Source of the DNA: Paramoeba atlantica
Lineage: Eukaryota; Protista; Discosea
Direction: 5' to 3'
NCBI GenBank assembly: GCA_977017575.1
Contig: CDRNVI010000021.1
Coordinates: 718,440 to 782,439, forward strand
Length of the DNA: 64,000 nucleotides
Positions 1 to 11,486 of the stretch are shown here, one piece after another. The position numbers and the translations under genes were made by a program. The first letter of the stretch is position 1. Each line of letters begins with the position of its first letter. The notes under the pieces were generated by a model. That model saw only the letters and a program-made list of their open reading frames with translations, had not been told where the DNA came from and ran no database searches.

Positions 1-5
1 TTCGA

Positions 6-2264
6 GTGGTGGAAATTAATTCCTCACAGTTACGCAGTAGTAAAGGCCTCGCGCCTCTTCTGAACGATATTTCACAAAGCCATGCAATTCGTCGATCTGA
101 ATTTGAAAATGGAAGAAGCGCTTGGGATGATCTTCCTTCACTGCCACTGATTCGTCACGAAAAAAATTCAAATTCGGTAAGAGATGTTTGCTTTCCGAAA
201 AATACTTCCTCTTCAGAAGATAATTTGAAGGATACAAGTGCTTTGAAAAGAAAAACCTTCGAAACAAACGATCGTAGGTTTTCTTCAAAAGTCTCGTCTG
301 GCAAGTCTGCTGAAAAAAAGAAATTAGGCGTTTCCCAAAATAGTGTGAATGCTTTTTTTTCTACAGTCAAAAAAGTACACACTGAAAGGGCCATAACAGA
401 AGATATCAAAACTTGTGACTTATCCAAACCTTGTACAGAATTAGTGGACGAATCTTCAAGGGTTTCGAAAAAAACAAAAACTCTATGTGAGATAATGAAA
501 GTGAAAGCACGTGCTGTGCAACACAAAACTACCGATACTGTCGAAGTTAAATCTTCTCCTGAAAAAAGAAATGTTGTTGAAGATCAGACTTCACCTGTTA
601 GAGTAACTGCCGAAAAAGGTATTGAACAAGTAAATGCTGTCCACGCATCTGCCAATTTATCTTTCTCAGAAACAAAGGTTAAGTCTTCTTCGACAAGCAC
701 CTTGTCTCCCTCAAGAGCAATTGCACTGATTCTCTTTGAAGCATGCGACATTCTTTTCGATGATGAAACTTCATTTTCTAATTTGCTATCAAACATTTGT
801 GATTCTGCGAAATGTCCTGTGGTTCTTACCCGCTCTACTCCAGAGGATATGTCTCCGGTTCTACCTTCTTCCGATTTATTCACATCACAAAGCGGTATTT
901 TACCCTTTACACCACCCCCTTATCTACATTACGAAAGCAATACTGCAAGCTGTGCATTTTTAAATTCTCGCTGTGGTTCTAATTTCTGGGGCATAGACAT
1001 GCCAATGATAAACTGCTATGCGCCTAACGAGCTTCAAAAGGGCTTGAGCGGCAACAGTTCTGTATTCTACCAGTTTTCTCGTAAGGGCATTTTTTTCGGT
1101 AAAGAAATTCACTTCTTCTCTGCTCTTATTACCCACGGCACAACTCTGTGCTCTGAGGACCGATCTCTCTTGTTTCGCTTCACACTGAAGTCGCTACTAA
1201 ATATTTTCCACTTCTTTATAAACCACTCACATATCCGTCCGTTAAGTTGGGAGACGCCCACACCGATCTTTTATCCATACCGTGGCAATTCAGTGCTGCG
1301 CCACGTCTTAGGATATGAAAACATTGATAGCTACTTGGAGTCAGCCCGTTGCACTAACGCCGTTTCGGAATCAGTTGATGAAAGTGCTGCAATTTTTAGT
1401 CACATACTTCCGGATTCCTCTTTTCTGTCAGACTTTTTGGTTCGAATGGACTTGTGGAACAGCTCTTACGCTCGCATGCCATTTCGGAAACCTTGTTACC
1501 TTTCCTTGCCTTCCTTGCCCGGATGGCATGAGAAGCGTCGGTCGCAATCCAGTCAGCCACCTTCAGAACCAAGAACAATTTCAAAGTCAACACAATCTAG
1601 AGTACCAGTATCTCATGCAAAGTTGCCTTTTCATGATGTAGAGAACTCCCAGATTTCTTCTCCCTGTGTAGACGTCGACTCAGATTCCCGTCCCTCTCTG
1701 TGCCAGTCTTCAATCGCTAGACTTCTGAGCTCAAGTCCGCGTGAGAGCTCGTGTTCCAGTCCCCGAATGGGGGAAACATCTTTCAGTGATGAGTCCGATG
1801 CATCTTCCTCATCCGAGTGCTCGAGCTTAGATATTTCTTTATTATGCCCTTGTGCTACTCTTGGGTGTCAGATATGGGATACGACTTGTATGACCCTGCC
1901 CGGATGCAACTTATGTTGTCAAGCACCATCTGCTAGAACGACGCGATTAATGAATCAAATGATACGCTTTGCGGCCAGAGAAAACGTAAAATTTATCAAC
2001 AACGAACCAGGCGCTTTCAGTTTGCCGAACCCCAAAACATGGGAAAATGAGGTTATTAAAGTGTCGAAAGGTAGAGCCTTGGCTCCGAGTATCGATCCTT
2101 CGTCTTTTGCTGCTTCTCAGATACGGAATCTCGCTCGATATTCTCGGCATTCTAGTAATTCCATACTTTCCCATAAATCTTTTCGTTTTCTTCAGACATC
2201 TAGGGATATGTCTCCAATATACGCAATGGACTGCGTACTAATATATGGATCAGCGGCAAGTTAA
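6..2264 (+). CDS. ELG1/ATAD5-like RFC large subunit, 5'-partial (reading frame open at the window edge)
   Basis: 752-aa ORF. The segment ALILFEACDILFDDETSFSNLLSNICDSAKCPVVLT resembles the ATAD5/Elg1 motif SLILFEEVDxxFDEDxGFxxAIxxxxxxxKRPVILT. The rest is low-complexity and Ser/Lys-rich. Confidence 0.55.
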   Translation: MVEINSSQLRSSKGLAPLLNDISQSHAIRRSEFENGRSAWDDLPSLPLIRHEKNSNSVRDVCFPKNTSSSEDNLKDTSALKRKTFETNDRRFSSKVSSGKSAEKKKLGVSQNSVNAFFSTVKKVHTERAITEDIKTCDLSKPCTELVDESSRVSKKTKTLCEIMKVKARAVQHKTTDTVEVKSSPEKRNVVEDQTSPVRVTAEKGIEQVNAVHASANLSFSETKVKSSSTSTLSPSRAIALILFEACDILFDDETSFSNLLSNICDSAKCPVVLTRSTPEDMSPVLPSSDLFTSQSGILPFTPPPYLHYESNTASCAFLNSRCGSNFWGIDMPMINCYAPNELQKGLSGNSSVFYQFSRKGIFFGKEIHFFSALITHGTTLCSEDRSLLFRFTLKSLLNIFHFFINHSHIRPLSWETPTPIFYPYRGNSVLRHVLGYENIDSYLESARCTNAVSESVDESAAIFSHILPDSSFLSDFLVRMDLWNSSYARMPFRKPCYLSLPSLPGWHEKRRSQSSQPPSEPRTISKSTQSRVPVSHAKLPFHDVENSQISSPCVDVDSDSRPSLCQSSIARLLSSSPRESSCSSPRMGETSFSDESDASSSSECSSLDISLLCPCATLGCQIWDTTCMTLPGCNLCCQAPSARTTRLMNQMIRFAARENVKFINNEPGAFSLPNPKTWENEVIKVSKGRALAPSIDPSSFAASQIRNLARYSRHSSNSILSHKSFRFLQTSRDMSPIYAMDCVLIYGSAAS

Positions 2265-2453
2265 TTTTTGTGTTTGGTTGATTTTTTCGTTTATACTTTA
2301 GTGTATGCTTTACTGGGCCCTTTAGGAATTCGATTTCTGCAAATATTTTTCAGTATGAATGCTTCGGTTTTTTTCTATCCTTTTAGTGAAATTGTAAGGC
2401 TCTAATGTTCGTGTTACAATCTTATTTATCTTTACGCGTTTCTTAAAGTTATT

Positions 2454-5132
2454 ATGCAGGAACCTATTCGCGCGCTGGAGGCCTATCGTAGAGCAACCGA
2501 TATACTCACTGCGGGAACTTCAACCCTTGAAAGGAAAACTGCGCTTCGCACTCTTCACGAGCCTCTTGGCGGCCGTCGGCGTGTTAACTACTGGCACCCC
2601 GTCATGGAGAAAATCATCCACATGCATCTTGAGCTTTGTATTGAGCTAAACCAACTTGAGTTAGCGCAGAAGGCCCTGGATCACTACAAGAAAATAACGC
2701 AACATAATAACGCGACGTCCCTTCAGGAAGTGGTGATCAAATTTGTGACTGCTCTGGACAAGAAATTAATGAGCGGTTCACTAGAAACAGACGTCACCGA
2801 GAGCTCTGTGTCACTCTTTCCTCTCGAGGAAGAGCTTCGCGCGGCTGCCTTTGATGCCGACGGTTTTCAAGAGACTGTAGATCGAAAGAAGCTTCAGCCT
2901 CACGCACGCACTACATGGGAAGCGTATCGGTTCTCTCTTGACTTACTCAAGACAAATCCCAAGCTGACGACTTTATTTCTGCAAACGGTTCAGCGTTGTG
3001 CGACTTTTTGTGAGGAGCACAACCGTGCTGCGGAACTTCGAGATCTATTGCGTGTGGCTCGGAAGCACCTCGATCGCGTACCAAAGCTTATCGCCCATCC
3101 CTCAGGAGATCTTCGCAAATTTCTTATCGGCACTCCAGACATTCTGCATGCCTACTTGGATACATGGGCCCGTCTTTTCCGTGTCGTCACAGCACCTTCT
3201 ATGCGAATGTGGCAAGAGGCTTACCGCCTTGTCGAAACGATGAATTTTACTATGACGGAAGCTTTTCCTGGTTTAAACCCGCAGCCTTCCCAAATTATCA
3301 CCTATTTTGACTGTTTGGCGAAAGTCTTTTGGGCTGCCACGATTGGCACTCACCACTACTTGTACCATGCTTATGCCTTACTTCACCTATGGAAGCGAAA
3401 AAAGCGCCAAGGTGCCTCAGATAGCGAATTGGCGGGGAGAGTTTTAATTTCTTCCCTCTGTGTAAGCTACTCTGATGCCGGAGAGAAGGAGCGTGGAGTA
3501 GCGCAACGTTGCGCGCAGTTTTCTCTCGGTCTGCTACACCACTGGACTCGTTTACTTGGGCTGAAGTACACCCCTACCCGAGAGACGCTTCTCCGCGAAG
3601 TTGAAAAGCATGTGCTCCCTCAGTGCTCCGAACTGCTACGCGGTTTTTATGCCAAAGTGCAACAAAACCTGCATGATGCCAATTTTCACGTAAAACTCGG
3701 AAATGATGTAGGTATATTGGAAAAGGATAACTTGTACGAAAAGTATATTTCTGTTATCCGAGTGAACATTACAACAGCCGTAATTTCTACAGTGTTTTCT
3801 TCCCACAGCGTTGTCAAATTCGCTTCCCTCTGCAAACTGTGTGGCGTAGAAAAATTTTCGAGTATTGAACCAATAGTGTTGAAAGTTGCTTCCACTCGAA
3901 AACGCTCCGCTCACATTGATCACGAGCAAGAATTTGTTTCATTTTCTAACACGGAATCCGATTTGTTTACAAGCACGCTTTCTAACTTGCGAAACATTGT
4001 TGCGAACGTACGGTCGACGTATTTTATTTCGCAGGATTCTAACGCGCACGCTCGGCTTGTGCAAAAAGCAGCGGCAGAAGCTAGCTCAGAGCGTCAACAA
4101 CTCTTGTTGCGTCTGGAGTTGATGGAAAAACGACGTGATGCGCATGACATTGAGAAAGAGGAGCACCGCAAAAAGTCTTTCCATGAAAAACAGCAGCGTG
4201 ACGCGCACCATCGCCAGGAAGCTGCGAAACAACTCGAAAAGGAGCGTATCGATCGGGAAACCAAAAACAAAGTTGACGAAGAAAACCAAAAAAGTAAGAC
4301 GCGCATACAGGATCTCATAAAACAAATGGAACAGGTCACCGGGAAAAAGTTTTCTGAGCTTCATGATCTTACAGACAAGAATTCTTTGCTGCGTGCTGCG
4401 CAGAAACAATTAAAGGTGGAGCAGCAAAAGGTACAGGACAGCGCTGTATCTGAAGTAAAGCGCGCTGATTTTTTTGTTCGAGCAGTGCGTGAAGAGGAGT
4501 GGCCAGAAATTGAAAAAACGTGGGCTCTGCAGCAAGGCGAAATGCGACAGAATGCGGAAGAACGACGAAAAAATCAATTAGAAATTCAGCAACTGAATCA
4601 AGCAAAAGCCGAGGAGACTAGAGCACGGTTGGAAATAATGAGCTCACGTCGATTACAGTGGGAGTCGGAGAGGATCGCTGATCGACGCAAGGCCCATGAA
4701 TCTTCCCTCAAGAAAAGAACACAAGAGCAGCAGGTTATGGAGGAATTGGCAAGGGGAGCGGCTGCCTCTCAAAAGGAAGAACTTCCTGCTGCCTCTAACG
4801 CAAAGGCTACTTCCGCATCCGGTTCTGGTATGCATGTAAATGAAAGCACTGGAGAATCGACCTTAACAGATTCTGTGGATTCCGCTGCAAAGTCTAAAAA
4901 ATGGGTTGCTTCATCTAAAATGAGGGGTGTGTTGCCTCCACAAGAATCAGATTCCTCTATGAATGCTAGCAATAATGCAGCGGTTTTAAATGAATCATCC
5001 GGGACGGAGGCACCGACTCCTGTTAGCGCAGCGGCCTCTATAAAGGAAGGCTCAGAGGTTCCGAAAGCTCCTCTAAAGTGGGCTGGAAGGGCTCAGATGA
5101 AGGGATTTTTGCCTCCGCAAAAAAGCAATTAG
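2454..5132 (+). CDS. eIF3a: Eukaryotic translation initiation factor 3 subunit A
   Basis: 892-aa intronless ORF. WHPVMEKIIHMHLELCIELNQLELAQKALDHYK and LQPHARTTWEAYRFSLDLLKTNPKL...FCEEHNRAAELRDL match the eIF3a N-terminal PCI region. A long charged coiled-coil follows. Confidence 0.88.
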   Translation: MQEPIRALEAYRRATDILTAGTSTLERKTALRTLHEPLGGRRRVNYWHPVMEKIIHMHLELCIELNQLELAQKALDHYKKITQHNNATSLQEVVIKFVTALDKKLMSGSLETDVTESSVSLFPLEEELRAAAFDADGFQETVDRKKLQPHARTTWEAYRFSLDLLKTNPKLTTLFLQTVQRCATFCEEHNRAAELRDLLRVARKHLDRVPKLIAHPSGDLRKFLIGTPDILHAYLDTWARLFRVVTAPSMRMWQEAYRLVETMNFTMTEAFPGLNPQPSQIITYFDCLAKVFWAATIGTHHYLYHAYALLHLWKRKKRQGASDSELAGRVLISSLCVSYSDAGEKERGVAQRCAQFSLGLLHHWTRLLGLKYTPTRETLLREVEKHVLPQCSELLRGFYAKVQQNLHDANFHVKLGNDVGILEKDNLYEKYISVIRVNITTAVISTVFSSHSVVKFASLCKLCGVEKFSSIEPIVLKVASTRKRSAHIDHEQEFVSFSNTESDLFTSTLSNLRNIVANVRSTYFISQDSNAHARLVQKAAAEASSERQQLLLRLELMEKRRDAHDIEKEEHRKKSFHEKQQRDAHHRQEAAKQLEKERIDRETKNKVDEENQKSKTRIQDLIKQMEQVTGKKFSELHDLTDKNSLLRAAQKQLKVEQQKVQDSAVSEVKRADFFVRAVREEEWPEIEKTWALQQGEMRQNAEERRKNQLEIQQLNQAKAEETRARLEIMSSRRLQWESERIADRRKAHESSLKKRTQEQQVMEELARGAAASQKEELPAASNAKATSASGSGMHVNESTGESTLTDSVDSAAKSKKWVASSKMRGVLPPQESDSSMNASNNAAVLNESSGTEAPTPVSAAASIKEGSEVPKAPLKWAGRAQMKGFLPPQKSN

Positions 5133-5639
5133 GCCAACTAGGTTCTTCGTCGTAACATTTTTATCTTTTGAGCATATTTTTCGAATTACAAATTCAGTTC
5201 AGTTTGTGCGTTAATTTTATAAATACATTCTTGATTCCACCGAAGTAGTCAATCTCATAGACACATGTGGCCAGAGCATCCATGAGCATATGTTTAATTG
5301 GTAAGTGTGTTGTACAAATGAGATTCTTTTATAAATTGCTGCTTCTTATGAGTTGACCTTGAAATGAAAGTTTTCACACGATTAATGCTGTCATTTTTTG
5401 AATCATGACATGAGACTAGAAATGTCAAAGTATTGGAAATGCTTGAATTAAATGTTTGAATCTTGATATTTTTTTATTGGTTGGGTTTATCATCACCAGC
5501 AAGAGGCACCCTACTTGAAGATATTAAACAAAGTGTGCGCTTAATGTACTTTCTGAACACACGGCTACTTTGAAATAGTTATCAAACGCTCCACTCATTC
5601 CCCTGCCACGCTTTTCTTTCCCTAAGGATCCCTAAGGAT

Positions 5640-5747
5640 GATAAATTTCTTATTTCTCATCCTTTCGTTCTCCTCTCTCTCCCTCTTCTACCTTTCCTCT
5701 CTCTCTCTTTCACCTCTCTCCCCACCCCATCCCCCTCTTCCCACCCC
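5640..5747 (+). promoter_or_regulatory. Polypyrimidine tract upstream of the RCC1-repeat gene (possible trans-splice acceptor region)
   Basis: About 100 nt of almost pure C/T directly before the ATG at 5748. The function is inferred from kinetoplastid gene architecture. Confidence 0.4.
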
Positions 5748-7391
5748 ATGCCCCCCTCCAACCTCTACCTCTGGGGTGCCGTCGACTGGACCTCCCCCAC
5801 CGAAACCACCCCCGACCCCCCCTCCCGCATCCTCGACTTCCCCCTCCACCTCCCCCTACGCGCCCCCCTCCCCGGCACCGTGCTCTCCATCGCCTGCGGG
5901 TCCCGGTTCGCCCTCCTCCTCCTCACCAACGGCACCGTCTGCGGGCTCGGCAACAACCAGCACGGCCAGCTCGGGCTCCCCCCCTCCAGGCCCGTTGTGC
6001 CGTACCCCACGGAACTCCCCATCGGGCCCCCCGGGACACAGATCCGGGAGATCGCGGCGGGTCAGCTCCACGCGCTCGCACTCACGGCCGAGGGGGTGGT
6101 GTACAGCACCGGGGGGAATGCCGCGCGACAGCTGGGGAACACCCACGCGGGCTGTCGTCACCGGTGGACGGTGGTGGGGATAGGGGAGGGGGGGAGGGAG
6201 AGTGTACGTGCGGTGGCGGCGGGTCGGGACTCCTCCTATGGGGTTACGACCACCGGGAAGGTGTACTCGTGGGGGGGAAACCGACAGGGGTGTTTGGGTC
6301 ATGGTGAGGTGTATGGTGGCGGCAAAGGGGGGATGCAGGACGCGAGGGAGGGGGAGAAGTTCACCCCTGTGGAGCCTTCTCCTCGAGTGGTGGAATGGTT
6401 TCTGGACCGTGGAGTGCGTGTGGCGCGGATAGCGGCTGGGGCGTCTCATTTCGTGGCGATGACAAGTGCGGGGGAGGTGTATACCTGTGGGGAGGGGGCG
6501 TTCGGTCGTCTTGGAGTCGGTAACACCGAGAATGCATGGGAGCCTGTCCATGTGACGACGTTCCCGAAGCGAAAGTACCCTGAACGCGTGGTGGGAGTTG
6601 CCGCGGGTGGGGACGTGACGTTCGTGCTACGGGAGTGTGCGGTGCTGGGTGTGATGGTCTACCTCTTTGGGCGCATCGGGTCAGAGTTTGAAGGCTACTA
6701 TTCGCCGGAAATATTTCCCGAGTTGTGCGGTCGCGAGGTTTGTGGGGTCTGTGCCGGGAAAACTCATCAAATTGCGTGGACACGTAGTGGAGAGCTTTTC
6801 GGTTGGGGTAAGAACAGCAAATGTCCGACAAATGGTATGATTGGCGAAATTTTACATAAAGTATCACATCCGCATTCCTTTTCTCTTCTTCATAATTATC
6901 AAGTGATTGCCGCCGGATGTGGGGCGCACTACACCCTTATAGCCGTTGAACAATCCGACAAGGTCTCCCGAGAAATCGTCGTACCTTTAACCAATCGCTA
7001 TTTTCAAAGAAACTTAAACTTCATCCCGTTAAGTAAAGTACCTTTTGAGAAAGCAGCCGCAGAATATCGCATTTTCATGCTTGGAGAGAAAGAAGGTTTG
7101 GCATACAATGAAACACTACCTCACCCACAGGAAGAGATGGAAAGAAACGAGGGATATGAAAAGAAAGGAGCACATGCATTGTCTGTAGGCTCCAAGGTCC
7201 GGGTCTGGGTACAGGACATTGAGGCGTTAGGCACCATTATTCGCCTACCTGGGCAAGAACAGGCAAACCCTCATGAATACGAAATTCACTGGCTTCGTGA
7301 AGATTGGGTAGATGAGGTCGTGACGCTGCCTTCAGACGATGAAACTGGGGATGTGGCTAATACAAATCGTTGGTTACATGGGTGGACATAA
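5748..7391 (+). CDS. RCC1/BLIP-II repeat beta-propeller protein with a short C-terminal SH3/Tudor-like segment
   Basis: Repeated RCC1 motifs: IACGSRFALLL..GTVCGLGNNQHGQLG, IAAGQLHALAL..GVVYSTGGNAARQLG, VAAGRDSSY..GKVYSWGGNRQGCLG and IAAGASHFVAM..GEVYTCGEGAFGRLG. Confidence 0.9.
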   Translation: MPPSNLYLWGAVDWTSPTETTPDPPSRILDFPLHLPLRAPLPGTVLSIACGSRFALLLLTNGTVCGLGNNQHGQLGLPPSRPVVPYPTELPIGPPGTQIREIAAGQLHALALTAEGVVYSTGGNAARQLGNTHAGCRHRWTVVGIGEGGRESVRAVAAGRDSSYGVTTTGKVYSWGGNRQGCLGHGEVYGGGKGGMQDAREGEKFTPVEPSPRVVEWFLDRGVRVARIAAGASHFVAMTSAGEVYTCGEGAFGRLGVGNTENAWEPVHVTTFPKRKYPERVVGVAAGGDVTFVLRECAVLGVMVYLFGRIGSEFEGYYSPEIFPELCGREVCGVCAGKTHQIAWTRSGELFGWGKNSKCPTNGMIGEILHKVSHPHSFSLLHNYQVIAAGCGAHYTLIAVEQSDKVSREIVVPLTNRYFQRNLNFIPLSKVPFEKAAAEYRIFMLGEKEGLAYNETLPHPQEEMERNEGYEKKGAHALSVGSKVRVWVQDIEALGTIIRLPGQEQANPHEYEIHWLREDWVDEVVTLPSDDETGDVANTNRWLHGWT

Positions 7392-8297
7392 CCCAGGGCA
7401 CAGTTACTTATTACAATTTTTCTTGTTTATTCTAAACCACCGTCCGGGCTATTGACCCCGGGACACGATAAGTCACTCCCTTCTAAAATTTGGTTGCTTT
7501 GTCCGTTTGGGCTAATTTTTTTTGCTTTTTGCAGATCTCGGTGACGCTTGTTTGCGCATGTCATATAGAGAATAGAACTGAGGACCAACCCAGGCTAAAG
7601 TGGACGAGGTGGATACTAAAGGCATCTTTGGAAAACCACCACAAAACTGGAACGGTATCTCCCGTTAAAGACCCTTTTGTCACATCAGAATGCTCTATCT
7701 TTTTTAGGCTCTTCGTTAACCCCCCACCCCCCAAACCCCCATTCATTTTTCATTTTTGGACCACCGGAGCCCCCTTTTATATTTTTTTCCTTTGTTATAA
7801 ACCTTCCTTTACTACTGTGTTCCTCTTTATATTTTCACCGTTTTTGTTCACTTTTTTTCAATAATCGAGGGTAGAGCGGTAGTTTTACAACCACCGCAAT
7901 GTTCCCTTAATTGTTTTGCAGGAATCAAGTTGAAAATAGCCCAAGATCACGAGATAAGTATAGGGGGGACCACCCATTATCACACTTTTTTCGGTGCGAT
8001 AATAAGCGAATTGTGTGATAACAAGTGAAATTTCGAGAAAGTGAGTTAATAAGTGGATACTTCACGTATTACAACGTTTTGGTTGCATATTGCAATTTTT
8101 TGACCTAAACTATGAAATATTGGTATGTGGGCTCAGCGGGGGTTGGCGGCACCTGGGCCATGGGCGGAAAAAATAATTATTAATTACCTGAAAATGCCAA
8201 AACTAGACGAAAAATAATTATTCCCTTAATTGGCGTTCCCTTATTTAATGTGTCTCTTAATTAATGTTTCCACGGTAATTATGGTATTATTTAATTC

Positions 8298-8410
8298 TTT
8301 TTTAGGCTCTTCGTTAAACGCGATGTTTGTTTTCAACTTAGAAGTCACTCATGCTGCGCGCTTCGCGTTGAAAACTACCGCCGCGTTTAACGAAGAGCCT
8401 AAAAAAGAAA
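8298..8410. repeat. ~110-bp palindromic element (arms TTTTTTAGGCTCTTCGTTAAACGCGG..GTTTTCAAC, ~29-nt spacer)
   Basis: Near-perfect inverted arms. Further copies at ~14205, 15866, 16716, 17650, 18597, 19530, 20467 and 37268 (inverted), with half copies at ~7700, 21140 and 37890. Confidence 0.85.
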
Positions 8411-9237
8411 ATTCGACCTGGAAAGCCGAAGAAAACGGAAGGATTTGAGCCAAAAATATCCGATTTTTAGGTAAAAATAGGGCCATGTTTGCGTATTTTT
8501 GCTCTCAGGGCACTAAATTCGACTTGCGTATGGGAAATCACTCGTAGGGCCTACCTATGTGTTCTATGAACACTTTTTTTTGTTTATTGAACACATAGAA
8601 CGCATTGAACACTTTTTGGGGAGGTACACATCCCACGAACATGTTGACTATTTTTCATAAACCTTTTTTGTTTGCGCATATCCAAGTGATTACACATGCC
8701 CTAGCTATGCAGTATAAGAATACCGCGGTATGAGGTTCTCTCTTAGTACGCGTGGCAGCTTTTTTTGTACTCGCCGAACGTAATGCATTTCTTATTTCAA
8801 AATATTTTTGTTGTTGTTGTTATAAAAAACTATTGTTTCCCGCATTTAGTCAAGCAGATCTATTACCCTCAACAATTTCTAATGAGAGGACGAGGTCCCA
8901 CAGGAACCTTTCGTTCCCGTTGAAGAAAAATGGGGAACCACCCCAATCGATTACATGGGGAACCAATCCAAATCCAAAAATAAATTTTTTGTTGTCGTCA
9001 TTTCCACAAAACATTCTTTTTGCACTGTGAATACATTATATGCATTAAAACCGTTCGTGTGCCGAATTGATTAAACGCCTAACACGTGTTCGGACCAGCC
9101 TAACTGGGGGTTGGGGCCTCTTCGTGGTCCCCCTTGACGCTGGAATCATATCGATGGCACAGACTCGCACCACCTATTCTGCAATGTACCTACATGTACG
9201 TGAGGATCTAGGTCGTGTAGTACCATCTGGGGCCATA

Positions 9238-9975
9238 CAGGGGTGAAAACTTCCATCTGGGGAGGGGTCTAAAATTTGCAAACACTTTTCAATTTCGGAA
9301 AATAATACCGCATTCGAGAGCTCTCGCAGAGTTGTATGTCTTTGCACTGGTAGCTTTTGACATATCAAATTAGAACTCCAAATACCGAATAGGCCAAAAA
9401 AGCAAATGGTCACTTAAAGAGTAATAAAAAATCTCAGATATTTTTAGGAAACATTATTTTAAAACCCGTATTGCATCCACAATATGCACCCTTCTTTTCT
9501 ACGATCATTCTACAACGTTTTCTGAAGTTTTTAAACTTATTATCAAACTTATCTTTGTCTTTTGCCTGAAGTTTGTCGTAAAAAACATGAATCGTTCCAC
9601 AGTTCCCTAGTGGACCCAAACACTGGTAAGTCCGGGAATAAGACTGTGTTTTCTCGAAGTCGGCCACAAGAAGTAATCTTTGGTGTTCTTTAATCTTCCT
9701 GGCAAAGCATGAGAACGGGCGTTCGAAACACCATGAGAATTCCTTGAGCGAACTCGCTTTTGGGGCGTAAAATGGGGCAAAAATGAAAAATTGCCATATT
9801 TTCACAAGAATAAAAACATGTTTTTTTCTCATCGGGTTAAATCTTTCAAGCCGAGCGTTCCGAATACGCCAAAGACATACAACTCTGCGAGACCTCTCCA
9901 ATGCGCTATTATTTTCCAAAATTGGACAATTTTTACAAAATTTAGACCCCCCTCAGATGGAAATTTTCACCCCTG
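9238..9975 (-). mobile_element. Non-autonomous Tc1/mariner-type DNA transposon with ~110-bp TIRs and TA TSD
   Basis: TA|CAGGGGTGAAAA at 9236 and TTTTCACCCCTG|TA at 9975, with imperfect TIRs over ~110 bp. An internal remnant FRKRCRMIVEKKGAY resembles a Tc1/mariner transposase C-terminus. Confidence 0.8.
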
Positions 9976-10393
9976 TATGAATGAAACAAAGCTTCAAAAA
10001 AAATTGTTTGTACGTCACGAAAAAAAATCGAAAAAGTGTTCTATTGGTTCATAAAAGTGCTCATTGAACCATAGAACCACTGAACACACACAAATTCATA
10101 GAACACATAGGTATGGTAGGCATGCATTCAAGGGTACAGAACGTATTGCGTAAAGAATGCGACTCCAACTACACCATTCGTCCGACACAAAAAAGCCCCT
10201 TGGGGTCCAAAAAATACCTTTTCGCATTTTTTGGTCCAGAATGGGTCATTTTGGGAGGCGTACCAAGGCTGGAAGAAGTGATATCCTGCGAAAAAAACTT
10301 TAGTTTACTTTATTTTTCCTTTTCACTTTTTTAAAGGGACTGACGGCTCTTTAGCACATTTACATTTTGAACGTACACATCCTATGTTACATA

Positions 10394-10440
10394 CAGGGGT
10401 GGCTAATTTTGGAAAATAGTACGCATTCGAGTGCTCTCGA
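10394..10440 (+). mobile_element. Solo left TIR of the same Tc1/mariner family
   Basis: TA|CAGGGGTG...TTTTGGAAAATAGTACGCATTCGAGTGCTCTCG is similar to 9238-9330. No partner end was found. Confidence 0.5.
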
Positions 10441-11486
10441 ACAGACGAACAGTCCTTGCCATCCCATTGGGTAAATCAAGCTCAGATCGGAGCCGTCGCT
10501 TCAAAACGACCACATCCAATTTCCCGTTTGTTAAAAACGAGTTCCGTGACAAAACATTTCGCAAGGTAAATGGTTCTTCGGACTCTTTCTCTTCGGCTGC
10601 ATCTTCATCTTCAAGTCCCCAATAGTCCTCTACACTGCTGGTAATGCTCCCTCTCCACGTATGAAGAAACGCGGACGTCCAGAAGGATCACAGGCTCCCC
10701 CACGTACAGTCGAACCTCATATTTGGAGGACTTAAAACCGCTTTTTACAGTTTTAAAGTTTTTACAGTAAAGAACTGACAGCTTTTTAAGTGCTCTATAC
10801 CAACTAAGAAGCCCCTTAAACTACCGTACGTACTTCTAAAGACGACATTTTTACTTGCGTTTTTCTCCTATTTAAATATTATAGCGTTAACGCTATATTA
10901 TTTAAATACAAACTTTAACACTATATTATTTAAATAGCGATTTAAATAATACACCGTTCCCCGGGTTATATTACTGTGTTCCTCTTTATATTTTCACTGT
11001 TTTTGTTCACTTTTTTTTCAATAATGGAGTGTAGAGCGATAGTTATACAACCACCGCAATTGAGGGAGATACGGTGAGTATCTAACTCGCTTACTAAGGT
11101 TAATTCCGCGAGCTCAAAATGGGCATAAAACGAGCACAAAAACAATTTTTTTTAAAATTTTAAAAACAGAGGTATGGCTCATCAATGAATCTCTGTAATA
11201 CTCCAAAAATGAAAACAATCGAGTCCGGTCAGCAGTTTTTAGAATCCTTTTACGAAAACGGCGACTCGGAATGCGGCTCAGAGGCGGACAATTCAAATCC
11301 ATAAAAACGCGAAGATCCTTGATTATATTCCCAAAATTGACAGACTACAGCTGTTTCAAAGTTTGTGGAATATTTTTGAGCTCCTAAACTAACTTTCAGA
11401 ATTATTGTTTTTTTTGAAACGCATTTCACTCGCCGACGGCATAACAAATGAACGAAAAAAAGGTATGATTTTCTCAGCCTTGGAAA

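Noticed and set aside
5638-6867. Overlapping Pro-rich ORFs around the RCC1 gene
   Set aside because: They are shadow frames caused by the extreme C and G skew. Only 5748-7391 has domain motifs.
10705-10730. pogo/Tigger-like TIR start TA|CAGTCGAACCTC
   Set aside because: No matching inverted end or transposase was found, so the evidence is too short to call.
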